DNA of 64,000 nt from an uncultured Nitrososphaeraceae archaeon (lineage in GTDB: Archaea; Thermoproteota; Nitrososphaeria; Nitrososphaerales; Nitrososphaeraceae). Location: NCBI GenBank assembly GCA_963825865.1, contig CAWGVG010000003.1, positions 128,001-192,000 of the forward strand, written 5' to 3'. The position numbers and the translations under genes are program-made. The notes under the pieces are model-generated. The model saw only the letters and a program-made list of their open reading frames with translations. It made no database searches and was not told where the DNA came from. Shown here in pieces: positions 34,635 to 46,430 of the stretch (position 1 is its first letter; each line of letters starts with the position of its first letter).

Positions 34635-36078
34635 TTGGAAGGACTATTAGTATCGGAATATGATCATGACGGCGGCAGCGATATTGCATTAGCTACTGAT
34701 TTTTACCAATTAACGATGGCTGCTGCATACTACCACTCTAATAATGGTGATCTGAAGGGTATGAAAAAGAATGGAATCTTTGAAATGTTTGTCAGAAAGC
34801 TTCCATCAAACAGATCGGTACTTTGTGGCCGACAGGTCTTGAACAAGCAATTTACTTTCTTATGAAGATAAAGTTCAACGACAAACATATATCTTATCTA
34901 AAGTCTCTCGAGGCTTTCAAAGATGTTGGCCAAGACTTTTTCGAATATCTAGGGAGATTTAAATTTACTGGGGCTGTTTGGGCAGTACCTGAAGGTACTA
35001 TTCTATTCCCTAATGAGCCTATTATAAGGATAGAAGCGCCCATAATTGAAGGACAAATAGTTGAAACATATCTGTTGTCTACAATAAATTTTCAAAGCTT
35101 AATAGCAACTAAGGCATCAAGGATAGTCACAGGCAGCAAGAGGGAAATCGTCAATCATAGAATTTGGTTCTAGGCGTGCTCATGGACCTCAAGCGGGACT
35201 TTTAGCCGCTAGGGCTAGCTATATTGGAGGATGCGTTGGAACTTCAAATGCACTTGCCGGCTACAAGCTAGGCATACCGGTATTTGGAACTATGGCTCAT
35301 TCATTTATCATGAGTTTTGAAAATGAAGAAGAGGCATTCAAACAATTTAGCAAAATATTTTCATCCGGGTTTTTGCTAGTTGACACCTATGATAGTATAG
35401 CAGCTGTAAAAAAGATAATCAGATTAGGGATTCATACAAATGGCATAAGACTTGATAGCGGCGATCTGTATTATCTAAGCGTAGAATCCAGAAGGCTACT
35501 TGATAACTCTGCTGGCTATAAGGACACCAAGATAATGGCAAGCGGAGATCTAAATGAATACATAATACGTGACCTTGTTGACAGAGGCGCTCCTATAGAT
35601 TCCTTTGGCGTAGGAACTGAGCTAAGTACATCGAAGAGATGACCCGGCAATGAATGGAGTCTACAAATTAGTGGCTGTAAGGATGCATGCCACACAAGAA
35701 GAAGATGATAAGAAAAAAAAGAGTCGAGGTAATAACATAAGATATAAGCTAAAGACCAGCCCGGGGAAGGAAACTTATCCTGGTCCTAAACAAATACAGA
35801 GGATAACGGAAAATGGTAAGATAAAAAAAGATGTGATAATACTAGAAGGCGAAAAAGAGATTCGTGGCGATCCAGGAGTCCCTTTACTAAGAAAATTATT
35901 TGATAAAGGAAACCTTTTATGCGAAATGCCTTCATTATGGGATATTCAGAGATATTGCTTTCAACAGATAGAATTACTTCCCACTCGATTCAAGGATTTA
36001 GATTTTGCACCAGGAGAATTTCCAGTAATGTACAGTGACAAACTGAAGTCTATAGCACATGATTTCAAAGCCTGGTAA
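34635..36078 (+). CDS. pncB: Nicotinate phosphoribosyltransferase (several single-base insertions)
   Basis: LATDFYQLTM, VPEGT, EFGSRRAHG, GTMAHSF, LVDTYD, IRLDSGD and FGVGT. Confidence 0.93.
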
Positions 36079-36816
36079 TGTTGTAAGCATAATAACAAAA
36101 AATACCTAAGAAAGTATATTTTAGATATTATTGTTTGATTACTTCGTTATAACCATCATTTAAGAATCATAAAATAATTTCTATCCACTTTTGATAGTAT
36201 TTATTTGAATTTAGCTATTCTTATACCTGTAAATGGCGAGTCGTCGATCCGAATTCATAGGCTCTTATTACGATTGAAGCTGATGCAACACTAGGAGACG
36301 CAGCAGAAATGATGATGAAGAAAAAAATCCGCAGACTTTTGGTTAAACAAAACGACACATATATTGGAATAATAACCCAACGTGATCTGCAAAGATTAAT
36401 GATAGATACAATCAGATCTTTGTCTATTACGTAATTTAGTGCAATCCAAGTAACACTACAAAATCTGGTAGATCTTAATGATAACAAAGATTCTTCGTCT
36501 TCGAAACAATATAGTATACATACTAACAAAATGATATTTTATAAAAAAAAGCATTGGAAATGACTTGCATTATTTAATATTCAAAAAACAAGTATCAACC
36601 AGAACCATCGTGAGAAGAAGCCGATTCAGTTGTAGTTATCGTAGTAGTAACAGTGCTACTATTAAGACGAAGGATTCTGTTAGAGTGTAGGAGGGTAGTG
36701 TGTATTTTCGTATCAATTCTTAAAGGATTATCAGTATTAATAACATCTTATTATGATGCATTTTATTGTCGAAAGAGCAGAGAGCGAGCTAATGCCGATC
36801 TTCTTCTCCCGCTGCC

Positions 36817-37257
36817 TTATTTCCACTGCCATTCTTTATTTGAAATGTTTCCAACCTCATCTGTTTCAGATTTAAAAACAGTCATAACGTTATTGAGAAA
36901 AGCAAGATTTCCTCGCGATGAGGCTGTCCTGTAAAATGCTGAACCATGCAATAACTTCTTGTTGCCTTCCTTTGCAACATTTTCAATTCCTTGGCTTGTC
37001 CATGTTGCCATTTCTCTTCCATCTTTGATAGTTATTATTCCTTGTCCTTGGCTATAGAATATTTCGCTACTTCTTCTAGTAGAACTTATAAGTGTCCCAT
37101 TATCTGTGACACTAACATTGCCATTCATAATTCCATCCAGGGAGATAATATATTCTATCTGAACTTCTGGTTCCACAGCCAATATTCTCTGACTGATAAC
37201 CTTGCCCTTTTCTTCAAAAAATGGATTTCCTAATGAAATAATATCTCTATCAGTCAT
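36817..37257 (-). CDS. Conserved hypothetical beta-rich thaumarchaeal protein
   Basis: GQGIITIKDGREMATWTSQG...GNLAFLNN...KEWQWK family pattern. Confidence 0.7.
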   Translation of the reverse strand: MTDRDIISLGNPFFEEKGKVISQRILAVEPEVQIEYIISLDGIMNGNVSVTDNGTLISSTRRSSEIFYSQGQGIITIKDGREMATWTSQGIENVAKEGNKKLLHGSAFYRTASSRGNLAFLNNVMTVFKSETDEVGNISNKEWQWK

Positions 37258-37361
37258 ATACTATTCGCTCTATATTATGCATCTTTCTTTAATAATATTT
37301 GAGTGCTTTGATGATGATGGCCACATATATTTAATTGCAGATTGATAATAATAATAATAAT

Positions 37362-37830
37362 ATGAAAATTTTAAATGCTGATCCTTCATTTGCTAGGCCA
37401 TTATCCGAGAATGAAATAAGGAATTTTTTGACCGATACGAAACTGAATATCCATATTGCTACTATTGACGATAAAGGACATCCTAACATACATCCAGCAT
37501 GGTACTACTTTGATAGTACTAACAATAAGACTTTACGTTGAAACAGCCAAGAATTCAAAGAAGGTAGAGAATTTGAGGAGGAGAGATAACGTCATCTATT
37601 ATTGTGTTGATGTCCCGTGTCTGCCGTATAAGGGAGTTAGAGGCAAGGGAAGGGTGAGGATTCATGTAGATGTTAATCACAATATACCCATAGCTGAAAA
37701 GATAATGGTTAGATATCTAGGAAGCCTAGCGCATCCCATTGCAACATCCATTATGAGCAGTGTCAAGAATGGAGATTCAGTTATTTTAGAAATTACACCA
37801 AGTTACTATTCAACATGGGATGAGTCTTAG
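37362..37830 (+). CDS. Pyridoxamine 5'-phosphate oxidase-like (split-barrel flavin/F420) protein (frameshift near 37530)
   Basis: IATIDDKGHPNIHPAWY...SKKVENLRR...YKGVRGKG...YSTWD. Confidence 0.82.
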
Positions 37831-37981
37831 ACAAAGTAGCCGATTGATAAAAGACAAACTTCAAATTAGATCCTTATGAGTTAACCATTTGGTAATAGAT
37901 ACTATTATTTGACAACTTGGAATGTTATGCGATGCAGTGCAGACGCACTTCCTTATATATTAAGAAATGTTAACATAATTC

Positions 37982-38531
37982 ATGTCATCTGACTCAGGTT
38001 CAGAAAAAAAAGGAGATAACAAAAAGAGAGGAGCCTAGAGGCATTAGTCGCAAAGCTCCACGATACCATATGCAAGACATTTTCGATGACTTTAGGAAAG
38101 ATATAGAAGATTTTATGGAACGCTCTTGGTGGCCGTCGTCATCGTTTATGAGGTTACCGTCATTATCATTGAGAGCACCAGCTTTTGGTAAAGACACAAG
38201 AATGGCCGTATGTGATGTAGTCGACAAGGGAGACAAATATGAACTGCAGGTAGAAGTGCCAGGGATTGAAAAGGATAAAATAGATGTCAAAGCAACAAAG
38301 GATGCTATCGAAATTTCTGGAGAAAAATCAGAGAAAACTGAAGAGAAAGGGAGAAACTACCTATACAACGAAAGGTCATACAAATCATTTCATAGAAGAA
38401 TTGCAATTCCAGAAGAAATAATACCTTCAAAAATTGAGGCGAAAATGAATAATGGCGTATTAGTGATAGACGCTGCAAAGAAGACACCTACGAAAGTAGA
38501 AGAAAAAATGACAAAGGTAGAAGTTAAATAG
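37982..38531 (+). CDS. hsp20: Small heat-shock protein (alpha-crystallin domain; probable indel in A-run near 38010)
   Basis: VEVPGIEKDKIDV...ERSYKSFHRRIAIPEE...AKMNNGVLVI...KVEVK. Confidence 0.93.
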
Positions 38532-38983
38532 AAAAAAGATACGAAGAAGAAGAGAAAGTTTCTTTTTTTATATTTTTTGTTTTGCTTATTGTTTATAAGG
38601 CATCTATTATTCGAATTTAGGTTTTTTAATAGAAGTGTGAATGTAATAGATAGCAATATCCCCTTTATCATTATTTTTTTATGCCAAATCTTTTTTTCCT
38701 TTTTCTTAGCCTATATCTTAAGGAATTGAAAAATGGGCTTGGCTACAATGTTCAATTAGTAATGATCCTGCTTCTACCTTAGAATCTGGAAGCAGTATCA
38801 TCAGAATGAGCATGTTGTACTACTCTCTTGATGTTTGTTCTAAACACTTAGCAGCATTTATACTTGTTCTAGCCAGATCTTTGTATGTCCTGGTCTAAAA
38901 TATAGTAAACGTCAGATTACTTATAATATATTTTATCTACAATGAAAAGGCTCGAGAAGAGAAAAAAATTGGTGCTGACGATT

Positions 38984-40212
38984 TTATTCAGTTATGTGTC
39001 TAACAGATTCCTTTTGCCTACCTGATCTCTTGTGTCCTAATTGATTCTTTAAGCTATCGCTCATTTGATCAAACATTTTAGCTAGATCCCATCCCATATT
39101 CGTATATGTGTGACGCCTGTATGGTGGTACTTATATTAACATCAACCTCATATCTTCTTCTTTGTCCCTGAATACCTCTCAGTTTCATTCGGCATCTTGC
39201 TTCTTCAATCTCAGGCGATACTTTGCTTAAGAATTTAATCAGGTTTGTAAACTTTGACTTTGCAAGTTCAGCATCAAAAGGATCATCTGGCAATCCTATG
39301 ATGAATGCAGGAATTTCATGCTCTACTTTTTCTCCTAATAACGCAATTATATCCCTATATGTGATTATTCCTTGAATTTCATCAAATTGTTTTACTACAG
39401 AGTATGTTGAACCTGTATTTAACATCAGACCTGACAAGGAATGTATGGAATCATCTACAGCTGATACTGTAACATTCTGATCTAACATGCCAGTTACTGG
39501 CATATCTAGTCTGCTAAGTATATTATCAATTCCAATTGATTTTCTACCAATTCTTTCTGACGGTAGCATACATTCTAAAACATGATTTGATGTTAGTATT
39601 CCTTTCAGAGTAGGTGGACCTTTTCGCTCTTTTTCAACAACAGGAAGGTGATCGATTCTGCGTCTTATCATTATATCTTTAGCCGTAGATATTCGATCCT
39701 TTGTCATTATCGTTATAGGGCTAGGAGTCATTATATCGGAGGCAGTGATCCTAGCATGGCCTACTCCAGCTGAAGCTTCTCTTTTTTCTGTAATTTTAGC
39801 GTCGTACATAGCTTTCATAATCGCTTTGGCAGAAATCTGTCCTACTATATCATTGTGGTGAGACTCTATTACCGGCAATGCTCTAAGTCTATATAGACTC
39901 ATTATTCTTGCCGCCTGTCCTATATTGTCTTTATCAGCAAGCGTAGGAATTCTGTTACCTAAAATAGATGGTTTTGCGAGCACTAATGTCTCGCACTGAA
40001 ATTAAGTCTCTTATATTGATGCTTACTACAGCCGTACCTGTTAGATGTATAAATATGTCATACGCATTTTTTTCTGTCAAGATACCTATAATCTTTGACA
40101 CAGAAGTATTAGTATCAGTTACAACCGGAGGTTCAATTAACTCTTTTACATATCTAGTGCGGAAATCTCTTAACGATTCATACAACTGGATGTTCATTTC
40201 TTTTAGTATCAT
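38984..40212 (-). CDS. Four-CBS protein with C-terminal HPF-like domain (candidate ribosome hibernation factor); frameshifts near 39975 and 39125
   Basis: CBS repeats, then ...RRRYEVDVNISTPYRRHTYTNMGWDLAKMFDQMSDSLKNQL, resembling the HPF/RaiA C-terminal strands and helix. Confidence 0.75.
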
Positions 40213-40861
40213 ATTCTAACACACACACAATCAGATCAGGATCTCTATAACTATTTACTATATATATTGTGCATTGCTGTGCATTCTCACTTCTAAAATG
40301 TAATAGTCGCATACCAGATATTACTGAATTTTTATGTACCGATATATAAAACATCCTCACTAGTATTGATAATCACAACATTGCCTGTAGACAAGTCGGA
40401 TGGATCTAAGACTGTGGATGAGTTGAATTCAGTTAAGCCATAAGAATGTTAATCTCATACCTATATTGCGATGCTGTCCATTAAGAAGCAGTTTAGCAAA
40501 TAAACTACTAATATTATGTTATTATTCTTGTCTGCATAATGCAAGGGTAGAAAAATGGTAGAAGAACCAAATCCGCAATTTCTGATAAAAAGTAAATATA
40601 AAAATCATGATACTGTAAGTTTCGTTGACTCGATGAGGGGGATGATGAGGACGAGCTATTCATTTTTTCTTGTTGTTTATATTATACTAACATGAGTCTT
40701 ATCTTTTTTGTTTGAACAATTGTAGAACAGGTAACATTTCCAATATCAACTACTTTTCTTGATAAAAACAATCACAAACATCATCAACAATCTCGACTCC
40801 TTGTGTTGCTAGTTGTTCGCTCCATCTTCTCAAATGTGTCTACCAGGTAAAAAAATACAAT

Positions 40862-41907
40862 AGATTTCTTGCGTAATTAGCAGCTATAGTCTAACACCCT
40901 ACTTGTTTTAGCCGTCTTCTTAGATTGAAATGCTGTCAGACTGTATAACTCTGAAGTTCAGGAGACCGGATATTATATCAGATACGTTATTGTACTTCCT
41001 TAATCTGTTTCTAAATTTAGTACCCATTATTCCAAACTTTTTGATTTTACATATGGTATGTTCTACTATGATCCTTAGCCTAGAATGATTCTTGTTGTAA
41101 GTTCTTTCATCACATGAAAGCAATGTACCCTTTTTCTTTTTGATACGAAGTACAGACTTTACAGTGGGAAAGTCCTTTTCAATGCCAAGATAACCAAGAT
41201 CAACTATGTTTTCAACTTGTGATGGAGTTATAGAATGATTGTGTTTGTAAATGTCATAATCATGTTTTCTTCCACTTCTGTGACCTGTCTTATGCAGTAT
41301 CAATCCTTCACTGTTTACCATCAATTGTGTCTTGACAGTATGTTTCTTCTTTCTACCTGAATAGTAACTCTTCCTTCTTCTTTTGTTCTTAGGTCTTGGA
41401 ATTTCTTGTTCTGTAGAGTCTATGAAAGCCTTGAATCCAGGAAAGTACTCTTCTACTTCATCTATAGTTCTTAATCTCCTAGTACGTTTGTATATCTTCT
41501 TTGGCAATGGAATACACTCCTTGATAAGTGGTTCCATCATTGATATATCTCTACAAACATTGCTTTGATCAAGGTCAAACAGAAATCCTGATAATGTATA
41601 TGTAATGTATAATCTGTAGTATACTAGAAGCATAACGAATCTTTCTTTAACTTTAAGCTTAAATGGTCTACCAGCACCTATATCCCGTATTCTCGTCCTT
41701 GATAGAAGACGTCTTCTTTCGTGCTCTTCGTAGTTATGTTCAATTTCGTTACAAATGGATTCAAATTCAGATACAGTTACTCCGGTAAATGACCTGAATA
41801 TCAAAGGTTTCTTACATAATTTGCTATAGGACATCAAAGAGCTTGTCAGATAGATATCCTATGTGAAGAGGAATATAGCTCTAAGCTTCTAATTACACAA
41901 GAGATCT
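40862..41907 (-). mobile_element. IS5-family (DDE_Tnp_4-type) insertion sequence, copy 1
   Basis: 19-bp terminal inverted repeats AGATTTCTTGCGTAATTAG / CTAATTACACAAGAGATCT; near-identical to 45321..46367; flanks AAT/TTT do not match. Confidence 0.92.
40920..41837 (-). CDS. IS5-family transposase, copy 1
   Basis: HTH plus IDSTE, YSGRKKKHTVK, DLGYLG and RIIVEH motifs. Confidence 0.93.
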   Translation of the reverse strand: MMSYSKLCKKPLIFRSFTGVTVSEFESICNEIEHNYEEHERRRLLSRTRIRDIGAGRPFKLKVKERFVMLLVYYRLYITYTLSGFLFDLDQSNVCRDISMMEPLIKECIPLPKKIYKRTRRLRTIDEVEEYFPGFKAFIDSTEQEIPRPKNKRRRKSYYSGRKKKHTVKTQLMVNSEGLILHKTGHRSGRKHDYDIYKHNHSITPSQVENIVDLGYLGIEKDFPTVKSVLRIKKKKGTLLSCDERTYNKNHSRLRIIVEHTICKIKKFGIMGTKFRNRLRKYNNVSDIISGLLNFRVIQSDSISI

Positions 41908-41959
41908 TTTCTTTGTAGACGATATTTCATTCTAATGAAAAGGATACTCTACATTTCAT

Positions 41960-43086
41960 TTAACTTAGATCCACATTTCTAGTGTCAGGATTTAGTCTTG
42001 AACCTGCAAATATTATTGCAGCACCAATTATGACATTTAATGCTAGTGCAAACGGTATAAGAAGATTTGAGGAGGAGGAGGAGGAGGAGGAGCCTGCACG
42101 CGATAAAAGGTTTATGGCAATAAGCGGGGACCATGAACCAATTATTAATCCACCATTGTAAGCAAAACCTGAAGCAGTATTTCTTATTTCAGTTGGAAAT
42201 CTTTCTGATAGAAATGCAGGTATTGGCCCAAAAGCGGTTGAAGACACAAATACCACCATAGAGGCATAAAGTACTTTTTCATTAATATTTGTAGTATGGT
42301 ATAGGCCATATAGCAATGGTACTGCAAGTATTATAGATGCTGATGCAAAAACAGTCAGCGTTTTCATTCTTCCAATATACTGGCTTACAAGTCCGGTAAG
42401 TATAGTACCAATCATAGCTGCAACTGTTACAACAATCATTATTGCAGCAACTTCGTTTTTGTTTATCTTAACGTACTTTTCTAAAAAAGTAGGCATAAAG
42501 CCAATAGAAGTATAATAAGAGTACAAAAGACCAGTCATAACTATTAAAGCAAGTAAAAAGCGCTTTCTTTGTTTTTTGTCAGATATTACGTCTTTTAAGG
42601 GAGTTTTGGATATTACCTTTTCTTTTGATTTTTTAAGCCATATTTGCGATTCGTCCATCTTAAGCCTTATGAATAACGCAAGTAATCCTGGTATAATTCC
42701 CGTGAAGAACATTACTCTCCATCCTATTTCTATAAATAATTGTCCGGGAAAGGCGAGCAAGTGCTAGCCCATACGCAAGTGATGCAATTACAAATCCAAA
42801 AGAATATCCACTTTGTACAAATCCAGAGAGCAATCCACGCATACTTTTCGGTGCTGTCTCCATTGTGATTACAGAACCATTTGCCCATTCGCCTCCAGCA
42901 AATAATCCTTGAGAAAACCTTAAAATTATAAGCGATATGGGAGATAGTATGCCAGCAGTTGGCCAGGTTGGAATTAAGCCAGTTAGAAATGTAACAATTG
43001 AAAATCCCAGGATTGTTATTATCATTGCTTTTTTTCTTCCATGTTTGTCTCCAAAATTTCCAAAAATAGCTCCCCCAACTGGTCGC
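41960..43086 (-). pseudogene. MFS metabolite:H+ symporter lacking its first two TM helices (frameshift near 42755)
   Basis: Begins at RPVGGAIFGNFGDKHGRK directly after a stop; LRFSQGLFAGGEW and ERFPTEIRNTASG motifs. Confidence 0.82.
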
Positions 43087-43123
43087 TACAGAGCCGTTCC
43101 ATTATTATATTCTGTTATTGCCT

Positions 43124-43555
43124 TTATTCAAACGTTACGAGAATCTCTCCTGTCTTTACTGGTTGGTCTTTAGAGGCTTTAATTTCCTTTATTGTGCCAG
43201 ATGCTGGGGACTTGATTTGGATCTCCATTTTCATAGCTTCGATGATTACAACAACCTGGCCTTCTTTTACGTGGCTCCTTGCCTTAGCGAAAACGTCTTT
43301 CACCTTGCCGCTTATAGGCGCCTTTATTTCTTTAAGTTGCGCATAGCTCAAAGAACTTTCAGAGAGCAGATATGTCATACCATTTATTATCATGAGAGAG
43401 GGCTCTCCTTCCTCAACAAAATCCAAGTAAAATGTCTTTTCATCTATTGTAATTTTATCCTCGTTTATCTTTGCAGCAAGTTCTCTGCCATTGATTCTTA
43501 CTTTTTCGCCGATAATTTCTACATCGTACTTGGTCCCGTTAACTTGGATTTTCAT
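43124..43555 (-). CDS. accB: Biotin carboxyl carrier protein
   Basis: EAMKM biotinylation motif; ATGA overlap with the biotin carboxylase gene. Confidence 0.92.
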   Translation of the reverse strand: MKIQVNGTKYDVEIIGEKVRINGRELAAKINEDKITIDEKTFYLDFVEEGEPSLMIINGMTYLLSESSLSYAQLKEIKAPISGKVKDVFAKARSHVKEGQVVVIIEAMKMEIQIKSPASGTIKEIKASKDQPVKTGEILVTFE

Positions 43556-45036
43556 TTAGTCCACTTGTCTGTCGTATGAAAGACATCGAAGGTATCAATC
43601 CAATCGAACCTGCTCTTCATCCAGGTATCTTCCTCTTCTTTGATCTTGGCAAATTCTATCTTCTTGGGGAGAAGGTGAAAAATTGCTGCAGCTATATCTA
43701 CATCTTTTGATGAGAAAGGCATCATTTCATTGATAAACGATGTGTCATAGCTTCCATGGATAAACCTCCTGTCATTTAGTGCCGATATATGGAAAGGTAT
43801 AGTTGATGGAATGCCTGAAATCCTAAAGGACAGAAGTGAGTTTTTCATCTTCTCTATTGCTTCGCCCCTATCGTTTCCAAAGCATATCAGCTTAGCTATT
43901 AGAGAATCGTAGAAGATAGGTATGTGGTACCCGGAATATAAAGCAGTATCGACTCTGATGCCCTCTCCTTCAGGAGCAATAACTTTCTTCACAGTTCCTG
44001 CAAAAGGAATAAAGCTCAAAGGATGCTCTGCATTTATTCGGCACTCTATTGCATGTCCTCTTGATTTTATTTCTCCTTGTTTTATGGCTAACCCCTTATG
44101 TAAAGCTATATTGAGCTGCTGTTCTACTATGTCCACTCCTGTAACCGCCTCCGTTATAGGGTGCTCCACCTGTATTCTTGCATTGACTTCCATGAAGTAG
44201 AACTTTCCATCCTTGAATAGGAATTCTACTGTACCAGCGTTCTGATAACCTATTTCTTTCATTACTGATATAGCAGTTTCGCTTATGTTCTTTCTCATTT
44301 CCTTTGTCAGAGCAGGGGAAGGTGTCTCCTCGATGAGCTTCTGATTGCGTCGTTGAATAGAACATTCTCTCTCTCCAAGATGAAGTACATTAGAATTATC
44401 CGCTATAATCTGTACTTCGATGTGTCTTGGATTTTCCATGTACCTTTCAATGTATATCCTATCTGAGCCAAAGCTAATCACAGCCTCATTCTTGGAGGAT
44501 GTCAAGGCCTTATTTAGCTCCTCTGAAGACTTGACTATCCTGAGACCTCTTCCTCCTCCTCCTTCTACTGCCTTTAGGATTACCGGATAGCCTATCTTCC
44601 CGGCGAGGCTCATGGCGTCGTTTTCATTCGACACCTCTTCTCCGTCAACAATTGGTGCGACTTTTGAAGCAATTTTTCTCGTTCGCACCTTGTCTCCAGA
44701 AAAAACCATAGCATCAATGGGAGGTCCTACAAAAATGAGTCCCTCTCTTTTACACAGCTTAGCAAACTTTGGGTTCTCAGAAAGGAATCCATAACCTGGG
44801 TGTATCAAATCACATCCAAGCCTTTTAGCAGCGTCAATTATCTTGTCAAGCCTCAGGTAACTCTCTGAGGGCATGGAGCCTCCAATGTTTATAGTTTCCT
44901 CACAATGCTTTGTATGAAGAGAATCCTTGTCCGCATCAGAATAAACACCACATGGATGTACGCCAAGCTTTCTGCAAGTCCTTGCGATTCTTATTACGAT
45001 TTCTCCTCTGTTAGCTATAAGCACCTTGTTGTGCAT
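43552..45036 (-). CDS. accC: Biotin carboxylase subunit of an acyl-CoA carboxylase
   Basis: ANRGEI, HPGYGFLSEN, GGGGRG, ERECSIQRR and EVNARIQVEHP. Confidence 0.95.
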   Translation of the reverse strand: MHNKVLIANRGEIVIRIARTCRKLGVHPCGVYSDADKDSLHTKHCEETINIGGSMPSESYLRLDKIIDAAKRLGCDLIHPGYGFLSENPKFAKLCKREGLIFVGPPIDAMVFSGDKVRTRKIASKVAPIVDGEEVSNENDAMSLAGKIGYPVILKAVEGGGGRGLRIVKSSEELNKALTSSKNEAVISFGSDRIYIERYMENPRHIEVQIIADNSNVLHLGERECSIQRRNQKLIEETPSPALTKEMRKNISETAISVMKEIGYQNAGTVEFLFKDGKFYFMEVNARIQVEHPITEAVTGVDIVEQQLNIALHKGLAIKQGEIKSRGHAIECRINAEHPLSFIPFAGTVKKVIAPEGEGIRVDTALYSGYHIPIFYDSLIAKLICFGNDRGEAIEKMKNSLLSFRISGIPSTIPFHISALNDRRFIHGSYDTSFINEMMPFSSKDVDIAAAIFHLLPKKIEFAKIKEEEDTWMKSRFDWIDTFDVFHTTDKWTK

Positions 45037-45320
45037 TACCTCAAATCAAAATCATATGGAAGGCTTAAAACTTTTAGTCCAAGAGACATCTTCGGCTATT
45101 TCTGATCCTGTGGAAAAACTTAACTACCGAGGATAGCAAAATCACAAAAGGAAAAATTCGGTATTGGCTACAACATAGAATTCTGCTTGGCAAAGAGCAA
45201 CAATAAGTATTGCAGATATACTCTAATTAATGAGTCTATTGATATATTGATTGTAGTAGTAATGTGTACATGCAACTTAGTTTCTTGATTTTCAGATTGC
45301 TGCTCTCATATGACTATATA

Positions 45321-46367
45321 AGATCTCTTGCGTAATTAGCAAGCTATAGTCTAACACCCTACTTGTTTTAGCCGTCTTCTTAGATTGAAATGCTGTCAGA
45401 CTGTATAACTCTGAAGTTCAGGAGACCGGATATTATATCAGATACGTTATTGTACTTCCTTAATCTGTTTCTAAATTTAGTACCCATTATTCCAAACTTT
45501 TTGATTTTACATATGGTATGTTCTACTATGATCCTTAGCCTAGAATGATTCTTGTTGTAAGTTCTTTCATCACATGAAAGCAATGTACCCTTTTTCTTTT
45601 TGATACGAAGTACAGACTTTACAGTGGGAAAGTCCTTTTCAATGCCAAGATAACCAAGATCAACTATGTTTTCAACTTGTGATGGAGTTATAGAATGATT
45701 GTGTTTGTAAATGTCATAATCATGTTTTCTTCCACTTCTGTGACCTGTCTTATGCAGTATCAATCCTTCACTGTTTACCATCAATTGTGTCTTGACAGTA
45801 TGTTTCTTCTTTCTACCTGAATAGTAACTCTTCCTTCTTCTTTTGTTCTTAGGTCTTGGAATTTCTTGTTCTGTAGAGTCTATGAAAGCCTTGAATCCAG
45901 GAAAGTACTCTTCTACTTCATCTATAGTTCTTAATCTCCTAGTACGTTTGTATATCTTCTTTGGCAATGGAATACACTCCTTGATAAGTGGTTCCATCAT
46001 TGATATATCTCTACAAACATTGCTTTGATCAAGGTCAAACAGAAATCCTGATAATGTATATGTAATGTATAATCTGTAGTATACTAGAAGCATAACGAAT
46101 CTTTCTTTAACTTTAAGCTTAAATGGTCTACCAGCACCTATATCCCGTATTCTCGTCCTTGATAGAAGACGTCTTCTTTCGTGCTCTTCGTAGTTATGTT
46201 CAATTTCGTTACAAATGGATTCAAATTCAGATACAGTTACTCCGGTAAATGACCTGAATATCAAAGGTTTCTTACATAATTTGCTATAGGACATCAAAGA
46301 GCTTGTCAGATAGATATCCTATGTGAAGAGGAATATAGCTCTAAGCTTCTAATTACACAAGAGATCT
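45321..46367 (-). mobile_element. IS5-family insertion sequence, copy 2, with ATA target duplication
   Basis: Inverted repeats AGATCTCTTGCGTAATTAG / CTAATTACACAAGAGATCT; ATA at 45318-45320 and 46368-46370. Confidence 0.93.
45380..46297 (-). CDS. IS5-family transposase, copy 2
   Basis: Same 305-aa translation as 40920..41837. Confidence 0.93.
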   Translation of the reverse strand: MMSYSKLCKKPLIFRSFTGVTVSEFESICNEIEHNYEEHERRRLLSRTRIRDIGAGRPFKLKVKERFVMLLVYYRLYITYTLSGFLFDLDQSNVCRDISMMEPLIKECIPLPKKIYKRTRRLRTIDEVEEYFPGFKAFIDSTEQEIPRPKNKRRRKSYYSGRKKKHTVKTQLMVNSEGLILHKTGHRSGRKHDYDIYKHNHSITPSQVENIVDLGYLGIEKDFPTVKSVLRIKKKKGTLLSCDERTYNKNHSRLRIIVEHTICKIKKFGIMGTKFRNRLRKYNNVSDIISGLLNFRVIQSDSISI

Positions 46368-46430
46368 ATAATATATATCTTCAATTTTTTATGGGTTTAT
46401 TTTTTTTATGCTATAATAATAAGCTAAAAA

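Noticed and set aside
40862-46367. Composite transposon inserted as a single unit
   Set aside because: The outer flanks (AAT versus ATA) do not form a duplication, while copy 2 has its own ATA duplication.
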